DNA of 54,411 bases from assembly GCA_947588275.1 (NCBI GenBank), contig CANPYJ010000005.1:1-54411 (forward strand). The letters run 5' to 3'. The notes beneath the pieces are model-generated. The model saw only the letters and a list, made by a program, of their open reading frames with translations. It made no database searches and was not told where the DNA came from. The stretch comes from an uncultured Alphaproteobacteria bacterium (GTDB lineage: Bacteria; Pseudomonadota; Alphaproteobacteria; RF32; CAG-239). This document shows positions 7,957-18,500 of this stretch, in pieces. The position numbers and the translations under genes were made by a program. Every line of letters begins with the position of its first letter. The first letter of the stretch is position 1.

Positions 7957-10314
7957 CTATTTGCCTCCATACATCAAACGTTCTAATTTTTCTATAGTAT
8001 TTAAATATTCTTCATTACCGCCGATTTTTCCAAATAATTCTACAGGCCTACCGAACTTTTTCTCAAAATCTGGGGTTTCTAAAGTTTTTCTATCTTCAAA
8101 CGCATAAATTCCGAATTCTACATACTTAGATAATACATCAATATAAAAATCTTTCTTTCCATCAGGTAGTTGTGCTAAAAATTCTTTACAAAAATCAGCA
8201 CGTTGAAAACGCGTTATAGGTTCAATATCGTAAGTATTTTTAAGAATTATATCAAAAATATCAATATCTGCTGGATATATAGCCTTTAATTCTTTTATAA
8301 TTAAACCCTCATCAATCAAATGTTTTATAAAAGCCGTCTTCTTACGAGCCCCCGTCCATGCAGACCGAAAAGAATCCTCCGTATCATATCGTTTCAATAT
8401 GAAATTTTTATAATAATCCTGTATATTCTCGCTTATAAGCTTTCCATTTTCATCTAACCACTGAACTCTTTTGTCTACAATAGATACAGGAACATCATCA
8501 ATTACATATTTATTATTTTGTGGTTCTTCATCAATAACTTCACCACCTTCCCATTCTCCTTCTGATATTTCTTCTGGATCTTCTTCTATAGTCCATTCAT
8601 CCGGTTCATCGTTTGGTTCTTCAACATCAGCACCAGCTACAACTTTTATTTCTGTCGGATAACCATCAAATTCTGGATCTGCGAATAATTTTGTCGCCTT
8701 ACGAAAATCCATGATAGTGAAGTAATATTTCTGATATTCTTCATTTACACGCGTTCCTCGGCCTATAATCTGTTTAAATTCTGTCATTGAGTTTACTGTT
8801 CTATCAAGGACAATCAACTTACAGAGCTTTGCATCTACACCAGTTGTCATAAGTCGAGACGTAACAGCAATAACCGGATATTTTTCATCCAACGCAATAA
8901 AATTATCTAACTCTTGTTTCCCTTCTAAATTGTCACCGGTAATCTGCATAACATACTTACTATTCTCTTTCATCAGATCATCGGCAACCTTTGCTATAGC
9001 ATTTCTCATTCGCATAGCATGATTAATATTTTCACAAAAGATAATTGTTTTTGCATATGGATCATTTTCACGCAGAAATTTTATAACACATTTTGCCACA
9101 CATTCTGTTCTAGCATTGAGTATTATATCTTTATCGTAATCTTTTTCCGTATATTCCTTATCAGGAATCTCATTACCATATTTATCCAATTTTCCAAATT
9201 CTGGTCTCCACCCCAAGTCCTTATCTAATATTACCCTCATTACTTTATAAGGAGCGAGAAAGCCATCAGCGATACCTTCTTTTAAGGAGTATGTATAAAT
9301 AGGTTTACCAAAATACTGACTTGTAGAAATATCTCTATCTTCTTTTGGTGTGGCGGTCATACCTATTTGAGTTGCTGAACTAAAATATTTTAGAATTTCA
9401 TGCCATGATGAATTTTCTTTGGCAGAGCCACGGTGACATTCATCAACAATTATTAAATCAAAGAAATCTTGAGAAAACTGCTTATATATATTTTTCTCTT
9501 CTTCTGTTCCCGTTACTGCTTGATACAGAGATAAATATATTTCATAAGCCTTATCAACGCTCCTATTTTCTATCTTTGTCATAGCATTACCAAATGGTGC
9601 AAAATCTTGGACTTTTGTCTGATCTATTAAAATATTCCTATCAGCCAAAAATAAAATACGTTTTTTTTGCTTAGATTTCCACAAACGCCAGATAATCTGA
9701 AATGCAGTATAGGTCTTTCCTGTTCCTGTAGCCATCACTAAAAGAATACGCTTTTCACCGCGAATCACCGCTTCTACAGTTTTGTTAATAGCATTTCTCT
9801 GGTAATATCTTGGTTCTTTACCAGAAGTATCTACATAATAATCTGATAAAATATTATTACCTTCTGTTTGGGAAATTTGTTTCGCTTGCTTATATCTTTC
9901 CCACAATTCTTCAGGTGTCGGGAACTCGTTAATTGCTAATTCTCGTTCTTTTCCTGTTAGAAAATCATGTTCATAAAAACCTTTACCATTTGAGCTATAT
10001 GCAAAAGGAACATTCAAACATTCTGCGTATGCCATACCTTGTTGTAATCCATCACTCACATCTTTATGAAATTTTTTTGCTTCTACAATTGCTATAGGAA
10101 AATTCGGCTTATAAAAAAGCAAATAATCAGCTTTTTTTCTTTTACCTTTGCGGATTTCTTTATCTTTTACCATTATTCTGCCATTAGTGAATAGGTACTC
10201 CATTCTTATTTGGGTTTCAGAATGCCATCCTTTATTAGTAATAGCAGGTGTAATCTCGATACGTTTTGTATCTTCCTCAGATAAATTTTTATATTTTACA
10301 TAAACATCATTCAT
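7957..10314 (-). CDS. hsdR: Type I RM restriction subunit (EcoAI/EcoEI, type IB-like)
   Basis: ADY...EAKK nuclease motif, MATGTGKT, DECH, TATP and QIIGRGTR; ~785 aa; ATG overlaps the WYL gene stop (ATGA). Confidence 0.95.
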   Translation of the reverse strand: MNDVYVKYKNLSEEDTKRIEITPAITNKGWHSETQIRMEYLFTNGRIMVKDKEIRKGKRKKADYLLFYKPNFPIAIVEAKKFHKDVSDGLQQGMAYAECLNVPFAYSSNGKGFYEHDFLTGKERELAINEFPTPEELWERYKQAKQISQTEGNNILSDYYVDTSGKEPRYYQRNAINKTVEAVIRGEKRILLVMATGTGKTYTAFQIIWRLWKSKQKKRILFLADRNILIDQTKVQDFAPFGNAMTKIENRSVDKAYEIYLSLYQAVTGTEEEKNIYKQFSQDFFDLIIVDECHRGSAKENSSWHEILKYFSSATQIGMTATPKEDRDISTSQYFGKPIYTYSLKEGIADGFLAPYKVMRVILDKDLGWRPEFGKLDKYGNEIPDKEYTEKDYDKDIILNARTECVAKCVIKFLRENDPYAKTIIFCENINHAMRMRNAIAKVADDLMKENSKYVMQITGDNLEGKQELDNFIALDEKYPVIAVTSRLMTTGVDAKLCKLIVLDRTVNSMTEFKQIIGRGTRVNEEYQKYYFTIMDFRKATKLFADPEFDGYPTEIKVVAGADVEEPNDEPDEWTIEEDPEEISEGEWEGGEVIDEEPQNNKYVIDDVPVSIVDKRVQWLDENGKLISENIQDYYKNFILKRYDTEDSFRSAWTGARKKTAFIKHLIDEGLIIKELKAIYPADIDIFDIILKNTYDIEPITRFQRADFCKEFLAQLPDGKKDFYIDVLSKYVEFGIYAFEDRKTLETPDFEKKFGRPVELFGKIGGNEEYLNTIEKLERLMYGGK

Positions 10315-11261
10315 AATGTTTTCCACATCTTTCTTTCATCAAAATCTTCCGGTTGAATGACCTTTACATGTTTACCCCATGTGTAAAGATGCCAATCCAT
10401 TTCAAGTGCGCCACCGGCACGGAATTTTACGGTTAAGGTACCGTCCGGATTGCGGATTGCTTCTTGCCTCGGATGAAATGTATATTGAGCCGCGGAATCT
10501 GCAACTTCTGCATCAAACAGCCATTCAACATCAAATGGTTTTTCTTGGTAAACCCCAAAGGCTTGTTCGCTGAATTCCTTAAGCGAGAAATGAGGATCGC
10601 GCTTGAAGTATGTATTTAAGACTTCAATTTCCTTGATTTTATTCAGGTTAAAGTGACACATCTTGCGCTTTGTTGGATTCCAAGCAATAAGGTAGTGTTT
10701 ATTTCCATACAAAAAGCCATAAGGGTACAACTCGCGCCAGTCCTTGTTGTGCGCAGAATCATATTTTATTTTAATGCGGTTGCACGCAATAATTGCGTAC
10801 CTGAGTTGTTTTAAGTGCTCGGTGTTGATGATAATCTTTGGTCCGGGCCGGAAAGCGTAACCTTCAGCTTCCAAAAGTGCTTCGGCATCCGGTTCGATCC
10901 TGTTTGTGGCATCTTTACCGATGATGGCTTTTATTTTATGTAAAACAGTATCAACGTAGTGCGCATCTAGTATACTTTTTGTTGCCAAAAGTTTTGAAGC
11001 ATTTTGCAAGGCGTGGATCTCTTCCATAGAAAAATTGACCATTTCGCGGCCGGTCCCCTTAGGCAAATACCAACGTTTTGTATTATAACGACCGTTAATT
11101 TCTTTTAATTGAGGGTATTTATCGGCGATGGAATCTTTCATACGAACCGCTGTCCGGAGAGAGACATCATACTTTTCCATGATGTCTTTAAGAGAAACGC
11201 CGTCATCTGTGTCCTGCATCCACAAAATCAGGTCATTGAGCGTCTGCGTTTTTTTATACAT
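10311..11261 (-). CDS. HTH-WYL-WCX transcriptional regulator
   Basis: N-terminal wHTH (YDVSLRTAVR), WYL core (LYPYGFLYGNKHYLIAW...FNLNKI), WCX-like tail (VKVIQPED). Confidence 0.9.
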   Translation of the reverse strand: MYKKTQTLNDLILWMQDTDDGVSLKDIMEKYDVSLRTAVRMKDSIADKYPQLKEINGRYNTKRWYLPKGTGREMVNFSMEEIHALQNASKLLATKSILDAHYVDTVLHKIKAIIGKDATNRIEPDAEALLEAEGYAFRPGPKIIINTEHLKQLRYAIIACNRIKIKYDSAHNKDWRELYPYGFLYGNKHYLIAWNPTKRKMCHFNLNKIKEIEVLNTYFKRDPHFSLKEFSEQAFGVYQEKPFDVEWLFDAEVADSAAQYTFHPRQEAIRNPDGTLTVKFRAGGALEMDWHLYTWGKHVKVIQPEDFDERKMWKTL

Positions 11262-11292
11262 GTTCCGGCTCCATTCTTACTTTAGCTGGCAC

Positions 11293-11322
11293 ATTATACT
11301 CGATTCTTTTTTCAAATGTCAA
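11293..11322 (-). promoter_or_regulatory. sigma70 promoter of the wyl-hsdRMS operon
   Basis: Minus strand TTGACA-18 nt-TATAAT, both hexamers consensus. Confidence 0.75.
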
Positions 11323-11330
11323 TATGGACA

Positions 11331-11345
11331 TGACAAAAATTGGCA
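11331..11345. promoter_or_regulatory. Candidate WYL operator 1 (TGACA-aaaat-TGGCA)
   Basis: Near-palindrome just upstream of the -35 of the WYL gene; recurs three more times within 700 bp. Confidence 0.55.
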
Positions 11346-11370
11346 GGAATTTTAAATTTCAAAAAAGCAA

Positions 11371-11482
11371 TTACTCATACAGCCCTTGTTCAATGCAAGG
11401 TTCTTTTACGAATGGGTTCGGGTTTCCTTGGATTTCCTCAATACGCTTGGCTCGGGTGCATTCCCATGGTGTGACCAGATAT
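11371..11482 (-). pseudogene. C-terminal remnant of endonuclease I (EndA family)
   Basis: YLVTPWECTRAKRIEEIQGNPNPFVKEPC resembles the EndA C-terminus ([25 protein letters not shown]); upstream sequence is unrelated. Confidence 0.7.
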
Positions 11483-11666
11483 CCTAGCCACGATGGGCCA
11501 TCGTGACGGGCTATGCTATACCCGATGTTAACAACAAACGCAAGGGATTTGTGAATTTTTTCGACAACTCCTGCGCTGGACATCTACATTTTACTGGCAG
11601 ACATCCCCACCGGAATTAGAATTATACAAATAAAAAAAGGATTACAACCGCACCAAGGCAAACAGA

Positions 11667-11712
11667 AGTCAAAAAATGGCACAACGAGGCTGTATCATGT
11701 CAAAAATTGTCA
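11667..11712. promoter_or_regulatory. Candidate WYL operators 2 and 3 (AGTCA-aaaaa-TGGCA at 11667-11681; TGTCA-aaaat-TGTCA at 11698-11712)
   Basis: Same 5-5-5 spacing and sequence pattern as the sites at 11331 and 12019. Confidence 0.45.
11683..11697 (+). repeat. 15-bp direct repeat, left copy (aacgaggctgtatca)
   Basis: Identical to 21778-21792. Confidence 0.85.
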
Positions 11713-11727
11713 GAGTTTAGATTTTTT

Positions 11728-11940
11728 CTACCAATCTCGTTCTTCATCTTCGCGTTCCCAACTCAGATTTCCATGTTCATTTATGGAATTGCGTTGGCCG
11801 TCATCGTAATTATCGCGCTCGATCTCTCCGGATCGGATATAATCTTCTGCGGTGGGTTCTTGATTAAATGGACTGCGCCTTCTTGGTTGTTCGTTTGATT
11901 GATTCATAATTCCAAAAAACAATTCACTAAAAAATCCCAT
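11728..11940 (-). CDS. Small acidic hypothetical protein (70 aa)
   Basis: AAGAAAGGA SD before MGFFSELFFG; has its own extended -10 promoter. Confidence 0.65.
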   Translation of the reverse strand: MGFFSELFFGIMNQSNEQPRRRSPFNQEPTAEDYIRSGEIERDNYDDGQRNSINEHGNLSWEREDEERDW

Positions 11941-11971
11941 AATAATGTTCCTTTCTTGGTTGTGCAGAGGC

Positions 11972-12000
11972 ATTATATCAGAAAAATTATCTCAAAGCAA
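11972..12000 (-). promoter_or_regulatory. sigma70 promoter of the 70-aa ORF
   Basis: Minus strand TTGCTT-17 nt-TATAAT with extended -10 (TGaTATAAT). Confidence 0.6.
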
Positions 12001-12017
12001 AAAATAAAAAATATGTG

Positions 12018-12034
12018 ATGACAGTTTATGGCAT
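12018..12034. promoter_or_regulatory. Candidate WYL operator 4 (ATGACA-gttta-TGGCAT)
   Basis: Palindrome with one mismatch, centred between two divergent -35 elements. Confidence 0.55.
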
Positions 12035-12052
12035 AACATTGTAATTTTATAT

Positions 12053-12081
12053 TTGCATTTTTAAATTGAAACGGCTAAAAT
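12053..12081 (+). promoter_or_regulatory. sigma70 promoter of druH-druE
   Basis: TTGCAT-17 nt-TAAAAT upstream of the AAGGA SD and TTG start. Confidence 0.55.
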
Positions 12082-12121
12082 ACAAAACGCTCGTTATAAA
12101 GAACGAGCGAATAAGGACTTT

Positions 12122-15100
12122 TTGATGCTATTGGTTGAAAATGTTTTGCATGAATTTTTAAATGATTTCTTAAATAAAAGAAATCTTCCGTTCCCCGATG
12201 GACGGATGCTTTATGCATATCAGATGAATCAACGTGAATATCTTGAATTAAAAGAAAAACTTAATGAACTCTGTCAAAATGAAGAATTAGTTGATTTATT
12301 AAGGAATAAAGATTTCTCAAGATGTTTTGTTTTGTATGCTTCAGAGTGGTGGAAACGTGAATACAGCGGTGGCGTTTGGTCCTGGGAACCTATATTTAAA
12401 ACCATCTCTAATGATGAAATAAAAACCCATCAAGTTCAGGTTAGATCAAGAGCTATTACAGAAGCTCTAGAGTATTGGAAATACCGCAATTCACTGGCAA
12501 CAGGAAAAAAATTCTTAGGTGCTATTATTGCCAATGGTGGTCTTCCTTCAAAATTTATGCAATCTGACAAGTATTCATCTATTGTTAGAGTCTTGCGCGG
12601 AATTCTAAGGTTTGCCGGCGAAAATAATGCTAATGATAATGAATTATTTATGCGCACAAAAGAAGCAGTAAAAAAACTGCCGGAAGCAATTAGAAAAGAC
12701 GAAATATGTGAGTTAATAGCAAATTTAGTCAGTACAATTATTAAATTAAAAAGAGATTATGAACTTGAAAAAGAAACGCACCCAGTTCAAATCCTCAATC
12801 AACGTTGTCCTTCATGGAAAGAACAATTTCCTTTATTAATGGAAGATGCTTCTGTTGAAAAAATGCTCGTTGGGTTTGTTGAAGAAGCGAGTAGAATAAA
12901 CAGAAACAATGTAAGAGGTAAAATTCCATCCGTAGATCGAATTTTTGATTTTTCTGAATCTGATCAATTAAAATTTTTATTTACTTTTCCTGAATTTGAT
13001 GTCTCAGCCGCGTATTTTTCAAAATTTTTTGAAATTTCCAATGCCGAGGAATTGCCACAAACATTTTATATCAATAATTTAGACCTGAAAAATACTACAG
13101 TTGCCATTGTTACAATGCAATTAGGCTCTAGAAAAAAATACAAAATCAAAAAGTTTGATAATAGACTAGATAATGTCCTAAATTCAGTGACAATTTCTCT
13201 GTCATCAGCAGATAACAAAATACACTCGAAATTAGTTACAATATCAGAAAAACTTGATATCAATGCACCTTTCGTCTTTATAAAAAACGACGATGATACA
13301 TTAATTTTGAAAAGTAACGGAAGTACATATTTAAGAGAAAATGAATGTTATATTGCATATAAACCAGGCATTTTTGATCTATCTGAATTTGGAACGCTTG
13401 AGCGCACTGTGCATATTGGTAATAGCGAATTGCCTTTGATAAAATGTACTTCGGATATCGAAACGGAACAGTTCTTCGTAAAGCTGAATGCTTCTAATCC
13501 GTCAAATAATAAGTATTGTTTGGACGGTAATATTATATCTTACAAGGCTTATCCTCATGTTGCATATAAAGGTGTGCCTGAAGTGGTTTGTTATGATGAA
13601 GATGGCAAACGCGTTACAATTGCATCAAAGTATATTACCTATTACCACAAGGGGACTAATCTTCCTATCACTGATATTCAAAATTTTTCGGGAACTGTAG
13701 ATATTCATTGTAACCATGGGGATATAGAAAGAGTTTATACGGTCACTATATTCCCGGCGGATCTTGAAATAAAATTTGATGTAAGTGATGGGGAATACAT
13801 AAAATTCAGTGATATGAATTGTATAAAAATTTTGCCTGTCGTTGATAAAAATGTCCAGTTCACTGAAATAGCTAAAAATGAGTTCAAATTTCATTATTTA
13901 GGCCAAAAACCTGATAAAGTATGCTTTAAAATTTATTGGTACAGTGGTGGCACATCTTTCATTTACATTCCATATCCGTGTATGGGTGTTTCATTTTTTG
14001 ATGAAAACGGAAAGTGTATAGATCTTTTTAACATTTCTATACTGCATCTAATGGGTAAAAAAATCAAAATTTATAACAACCTAACGAAATCTGAAAAATA
14101 TAAATTAGTTTTTAAATTAGAAAGAGCAAATAAAAAAGGAAAACAAGTAGAAAACTCTCGCCCAATATTTACTTATGATTCATTAACAGAAATTAAATTA
14201 ATTGACTTTGAAGACAACATTAAGAATTTACTTGGGTATTCTGATGACGAAAATGATTTAATCAAAGTTTCCGTACAGCTTAACAATAAGGAAATGGGGT
14301 TCATTAGAATTTCTCGCTATGATACCTATTTCGTTTTAGAAAATAGCACCATTTCTATACCAAGTGATCAATTTAGAATTTATTCTAATGAAATGTTAAA
14401 GAATACAAATGTAGTAGCAATTAATTTGCTTGATCCAGAAGTTCCTGTAATCCCGCTAGCTCAAAATACTGACAGTGGTATATTTACTGGATATTGGAAC
14501 ATTGAAAATCTTGATTCGTCCGCAAATACTTACATGATAACATCTGATCAAAAATCAGATATATCTATTAAACCTTTTATTTTATGTAAAGATAAGGCTT
14601 TTGAAAGTTTATCTGATTTTCACAAAAAAATTATAATATCAGATATTGTATCGGTAAATAGCGGTTCGACAATTACTTGCTCCTCAGATGATTTGGAGAC
14701 GTATTTAATAAGCGGACTTCATTCTTATAAATCAGAATTGTGGAAAGATATTGGGGATTTGAAGCAAGTTTTTGCCACTCAGAATATTTCTTTAACCGCT
14801 CTTAAATTATGGCAGGTTCTATGTTCCAATGAATTCCTGTTGGCAAGACTATTATTGTTCTGTTCCTCGGAACGAATCATTATGCAGAAAATAAGAGATG
14901 AGCTTATCTCTGTCCCGGCCATCATCTCTTTTGCTACATGGGAAGCGGCTATAACTGAATATTTACAATATTTGCGTGAAGCTTTTGCAAAAATTCCAGG
15001 TATGGAATCGATGCTGAAAAGTATGATATCAGAACAATTTAAGGTTCTGACCGATACATTTCCCGAAATCGAGGTAACTGTTTACTATTTACTTTTCAAA

Positions 15101-15589
15101 ATAAGCTGTAATTTTACAGACATGATTGAATTTAATTGTATAATTCCTCATGTAGGAAAAGCAATTAATTTTACTGAGCAACAACTGAGTGATGAAATTT
15201 TTACAAAAAATAAGTATGATGAGAACGATGAAATTGAAGAATTGTGCTGGATGCAGACATTGCAGGCACAAAACTCATTAGAAGAGGATAATTGGATTCC
15301 TTTGCCTTTCCCTCAGCTATACCAAGAAATACAAAGCATGTATCCTCAAGAACTATCTAATCTTGCTTCATATTTATTTAAGCTCAATAAGTTTTCGTAT
15401 TTTATTGAATATGTTGTTAATTTTCCACAGCTTTGTGCTTTTTATGCTTTCTATAATGCAAAAAGTCGAGATGAAATTCGTAATTTAATGAAATTTTCTA
15501 TAAAAGATTTTATGAATTTTAACCAAAATTATTTTATAGAGGTTTATAAAATAGCAATATCAATTATGTTAAGAAATTCAACCAAATGA
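12122..15589 (+). CDS. druH: Druantia type III DruH (STY4851/ECs_5259 family)
   Basis: PDGR.LYAY, FVLYASEWWKREYSGG.WSW and FLGAII.NGGLP N-terminal motifs; ~1150 aa; directly precedes a ~2000 aa DUF1998 helicase. Confidence 0.8.
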   Translation: MMLLVENVLHEFLNDFLNKRNLPFPDGRMLYAYQMNQREYLELKEKLNELCQNEELVDLLRNKDFSRCFVLYASEWWKREYSGGVWSWEPIFKTISNDEIKTHQVQVRSRAITEALEYWKYRNSLATGKKFLGAIIANGGLPSKFMQSDKYSSIVRVLRGILRFAGENNANDNELFMRTKEAVKKLPEAIRKDEICELIANLVSTIIKLKRDYELEKETHPVQILNQRCPSWKEQFPLLMEDASVEKMLVGFVEEASRINRNNVRGKIPSVDRIFDFSESDQLKFLFTFPEFDVSAAYFSKFFEISNAEELPQTFYINNLDLKNTTVAIVTMQLGSRKKYKIKKFDNRLDNVLNSVTISLSSADNKIHSKLVTISEKLDINAPFVFIKNDDDTLILKSNGSTYLRENECYIAYKPGIFDLSEFGTLERTVHIGNSELPLIKCTSDIETEQFFVKLNASNPSNNKYCLDGNIISYKAYPHVAYKGVPEVVCYDEDGKRVTIASKYITYYHKGTNLPITDIQNFSGTVDIHCNHGDIERVYTVTIFPADLEIKFDVSDGEYIKFSDMNCIKILPVVDKNVQFTEIAKNEFKFHYLGQKPDKVCFKIYWYSGGTSFIYIPYPCMGVSFFDENGKCIDLFNISILHLMGKKIKIYNNLTKSEKYKLVFKLERANKKGKQVENSRPIFTYDSLTEIKLIDFEDNIKNLLGYSDDENDLIKVSVQLNNKEMGFIRISRYDTYFVLENSTISIPSDQFRIYSNEMLKNTNVVAINLLDPEVPVIPLAQNTDSGIFTGYWNIENLDSSANTYMITSDQKSDISIKPFILCKDKAFESLSDFHKKIIISDIVSVNSGSTITCSSDDLETYLISGLHSYKSELWKDIGDLKQVFATQNISLTALKLWQVLCSNEFLLARLLLFCSSERIIMQKIRDELISVPAIISFATWEAAITEYLQYLREAFAKIPGMESMLKSMISEQFKVLTDTFPEIEVTVYYLLFKISCNFTDMIEFNCIIPHVGKAINFTEQQLSDEIFTKNKYDENDEIEELCWMQTLQAQNSLEEDNWIPLPFPQLYQEIQSMYPQELSNLASYLFKLNKFSYFIEYVVNFPQLCAFYAFYNAKSRDEIRNLMKFSIKDFMNFNQNYFIEVYKIAISIMLRNSTK

Positions 15590-15596
15590 GAAAAAC

Positions 15597-18500
15597 ATGA
15601 AGACAAACAGTTACAGCGAACTTCTTAAAATTTTACCTGTTCAATCAACAGAAGCAATAATGAGCACATTGTCAATTTTGCCTCTAGACTTACGTGAATT
15701 CTTGAGAAAGAAATTTTCGGAAGAAGGTGATAAGTTTGTCGCTGATCCTGTATTTGAGCCTATGTTCAGTTATAAACCAAGCCAACAAACTTTCGGTGAA
15801 TTAAGTGGAAAGTTGTTGCCTAGGTCATTTGTTAATGCATTACATGGGGCTAGTGAGTATAGATTTGATAAAAGCATGTACCCGTATCAACATCAATTAA
15901 CCTCATGGGAAACATTATTAAATACGAATAATTCATTGGTTGTATCAAGCGGGACAGGCTCAGGAAAGACGGAATGTTTTATGATTCCTATTATCTCTGA
16001 TTTAGTCCAACAGGTTGAAAAAACAAATTCTGTGCTTGAAGGTGTGCAGGCCTTGTTTATTTATCCATTGAATGCTTTAATTCAAAACCAAAGGGAGCGT
16101 TTTAGTGAATGGACTAAACCTTATAAGGGGAATATTCGGTATTGTTTATATAATGGTTTATTGCCACAACAAACGAGGGAATCGGAACAAAAGGAGACTG
16201 TGGAAGAAGTTGTTGATAGAGAGCAATTATGGAAATCTCCATCTCCATTGTTAATTACCAACACCACCATGTTGGAATATATGCTTATTCGCGCAAACGA
16301 CAAAAGAATAATTGATAAATCAAAAGGAAAATTAAAGTATATCGTTTTAGATGAAGCGCATACCTACATCGGTTCGCAAGCGGCAGAATTATCCCTTTTA
16401 TTAAAAAGGGTTATGGATGCTTTTGAAGTTAAGCCTGAACAGGTTAAATTTATAGCAACATCTGCAACCATAGGTGATAATGATGCAGGCACACAATTAA
16501 GACGTTTTCTTTCCAGTATTTCGGGTGTAAATGAAGAAAACGTTACTGTTGTGTTCGGTAAAAACGAAATAGAGCCATTAGCCTCATCAACAGCCGGCAA
16601 ATCAATTGATGAAATTGAAAAAATAGAAAACCCGGATGAAATTATAAAAGAATTACGAAATAATAAATTAGCTTGTTCTTTAAGATCATTTTTTATTTCT
16701 TCGAATAATGAACACGGGGTGGCGAGGACCTTAACCGAAATATGCAATAATTTTAATTTAACATCTGATCTTGCTTTAAGATGGTTGGATTTACTATCTG
16801 TAACACCTGTAAACGAAAAGAGTTTTTTGCCGCTCAGACTACATATTTTTCACAAAACATTTCCCGGATTATGGTCCTGCTGTAATCCAAATTGTACTTG
16901 CAAGGATAATATCCCGGGGTGGAAATTTGGAAAGATATATTTTAAGGAGCAATGTAAATGCGAATGCGGTGCTCCTGTTTTCCGCGTAAAAGCTTGCGCT
17001 AACTGTGGCGAACCATTTCTTGAAGCAAAAATTAACGATAGCGCAAAGGATGGGAAAAAATACCTGTATCCAACGATGCTTCAAGATATTGATGAGTTTT
17101 CTCTTGATGATGACGACAACTATATCAATGATGTTGAAGCACACACCGTTTGGGTCGAGAATTTCGAAAAAGATAATGACACGGCTTGTTATTTGAATAT
17201 AGAAGATAGCTCACTATCTTTGGCGAATAGTAATGGAATAAGATTAAACGTTTTTGAAGATTATGAGGACATTCATTGCTGTGATGCTCCGGAAGTTGAT
17301 CAGATAAAATCATTCATTCCTTTGCAAGGTGCTCCATTTGTTTTGAGCCATGTTTTGCCGACATTGTTAAATTATGCTGAGATAGCAAAAGATTCAGAGT
17401 CTAAACCACATGCTGGCCAAAAAATGATTTGTTTTACGGACAGCCGTCAAGGCACTGCTAGATTGGCTGTTCAGTTACAACAAAACTCTGAACGTAACTC
17501 CTTCAGAAGTATTTTGTTGCACGTGATTGCACATATAGAGGCTGAAAACAATAAAAACAATAATGCTGATCAGATTAATACATTAAAAGAAGCATATAAA
17601 AGTACAAAAATGCCTCAATTACTGGATATGATAAAGCAATTAGAAGGACAAAAAGGAAGTTCCTTTGCAAACGAAAACAACGTCATAAGCGATATCTTGA
17701 AAGAATTTGACGATAATGACCTCAAATGGATATACAACTATTACCGGGACAAAGATTCAATATTTGACACAAATAGAGGTCAAGGTAACCTGATTGAAAT
17801 ATTGTTTGCACGAGAATTAATCAGAAGGCCGAAAAAGGCAAATAACGTTGAAACATTAGGTTTACTAGCAACTGCTTATGATTTTAGCAAAATTACAAGT
17901 GTGCCTGCAAGTATTAGTAAGTATTTCACATGCGATGATTGGAAAAATTATCTTAAAATTGTGTTGGACTTTTTTGTGCGTGCCAATGGCTTTGTTGAAT
18001 ATCCGGAGAATTGGGACAAATGGGGGGCTATCAGCAAAAATAATGAACCATTGGATTTTGATCACTGGCCTAAAGCTGATAAGAAAAAGAAAAATAGAAA
18101 CATTGTTAAATTACTGTTTTATGCATTAGATATGGACCAAACTAATGACTACCATATTGATATAGTAAACGAAATAATGAAAGAAGCTTGGTTAGCTCTA
18201 ACTTCTGCAACAGGCATTCTGACCCCGTCAGCCAATCAGATCTACCGAATGAAAATGGATAAAATAGGATTAAGGCGATTACAAAAAATTTACGTCTGCC
18301 CGATAACCAATAAGGCTCTTGATGTAACATTTAAGGGGTATTCTCCTTATTTATCTAGAAAAAATAGAGGCGAATCTAAAGAAATAACTCTAGAGAAATG
18401 TAAAGAGTATTCGTTTCCAACCTACGATTACAGTAAAGAAAGTGGAAAATCGTACGATGAATGCGTTTTAATGAGGAGAGAATGGTTAGAAAATAATGAT

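Noticed and set aside
11371-11583. 70-aa ORF as an intact gene
   Set aside because: Only the 3' half resembles a known protein (EndA) and there is no clear SD; treated as a relic.
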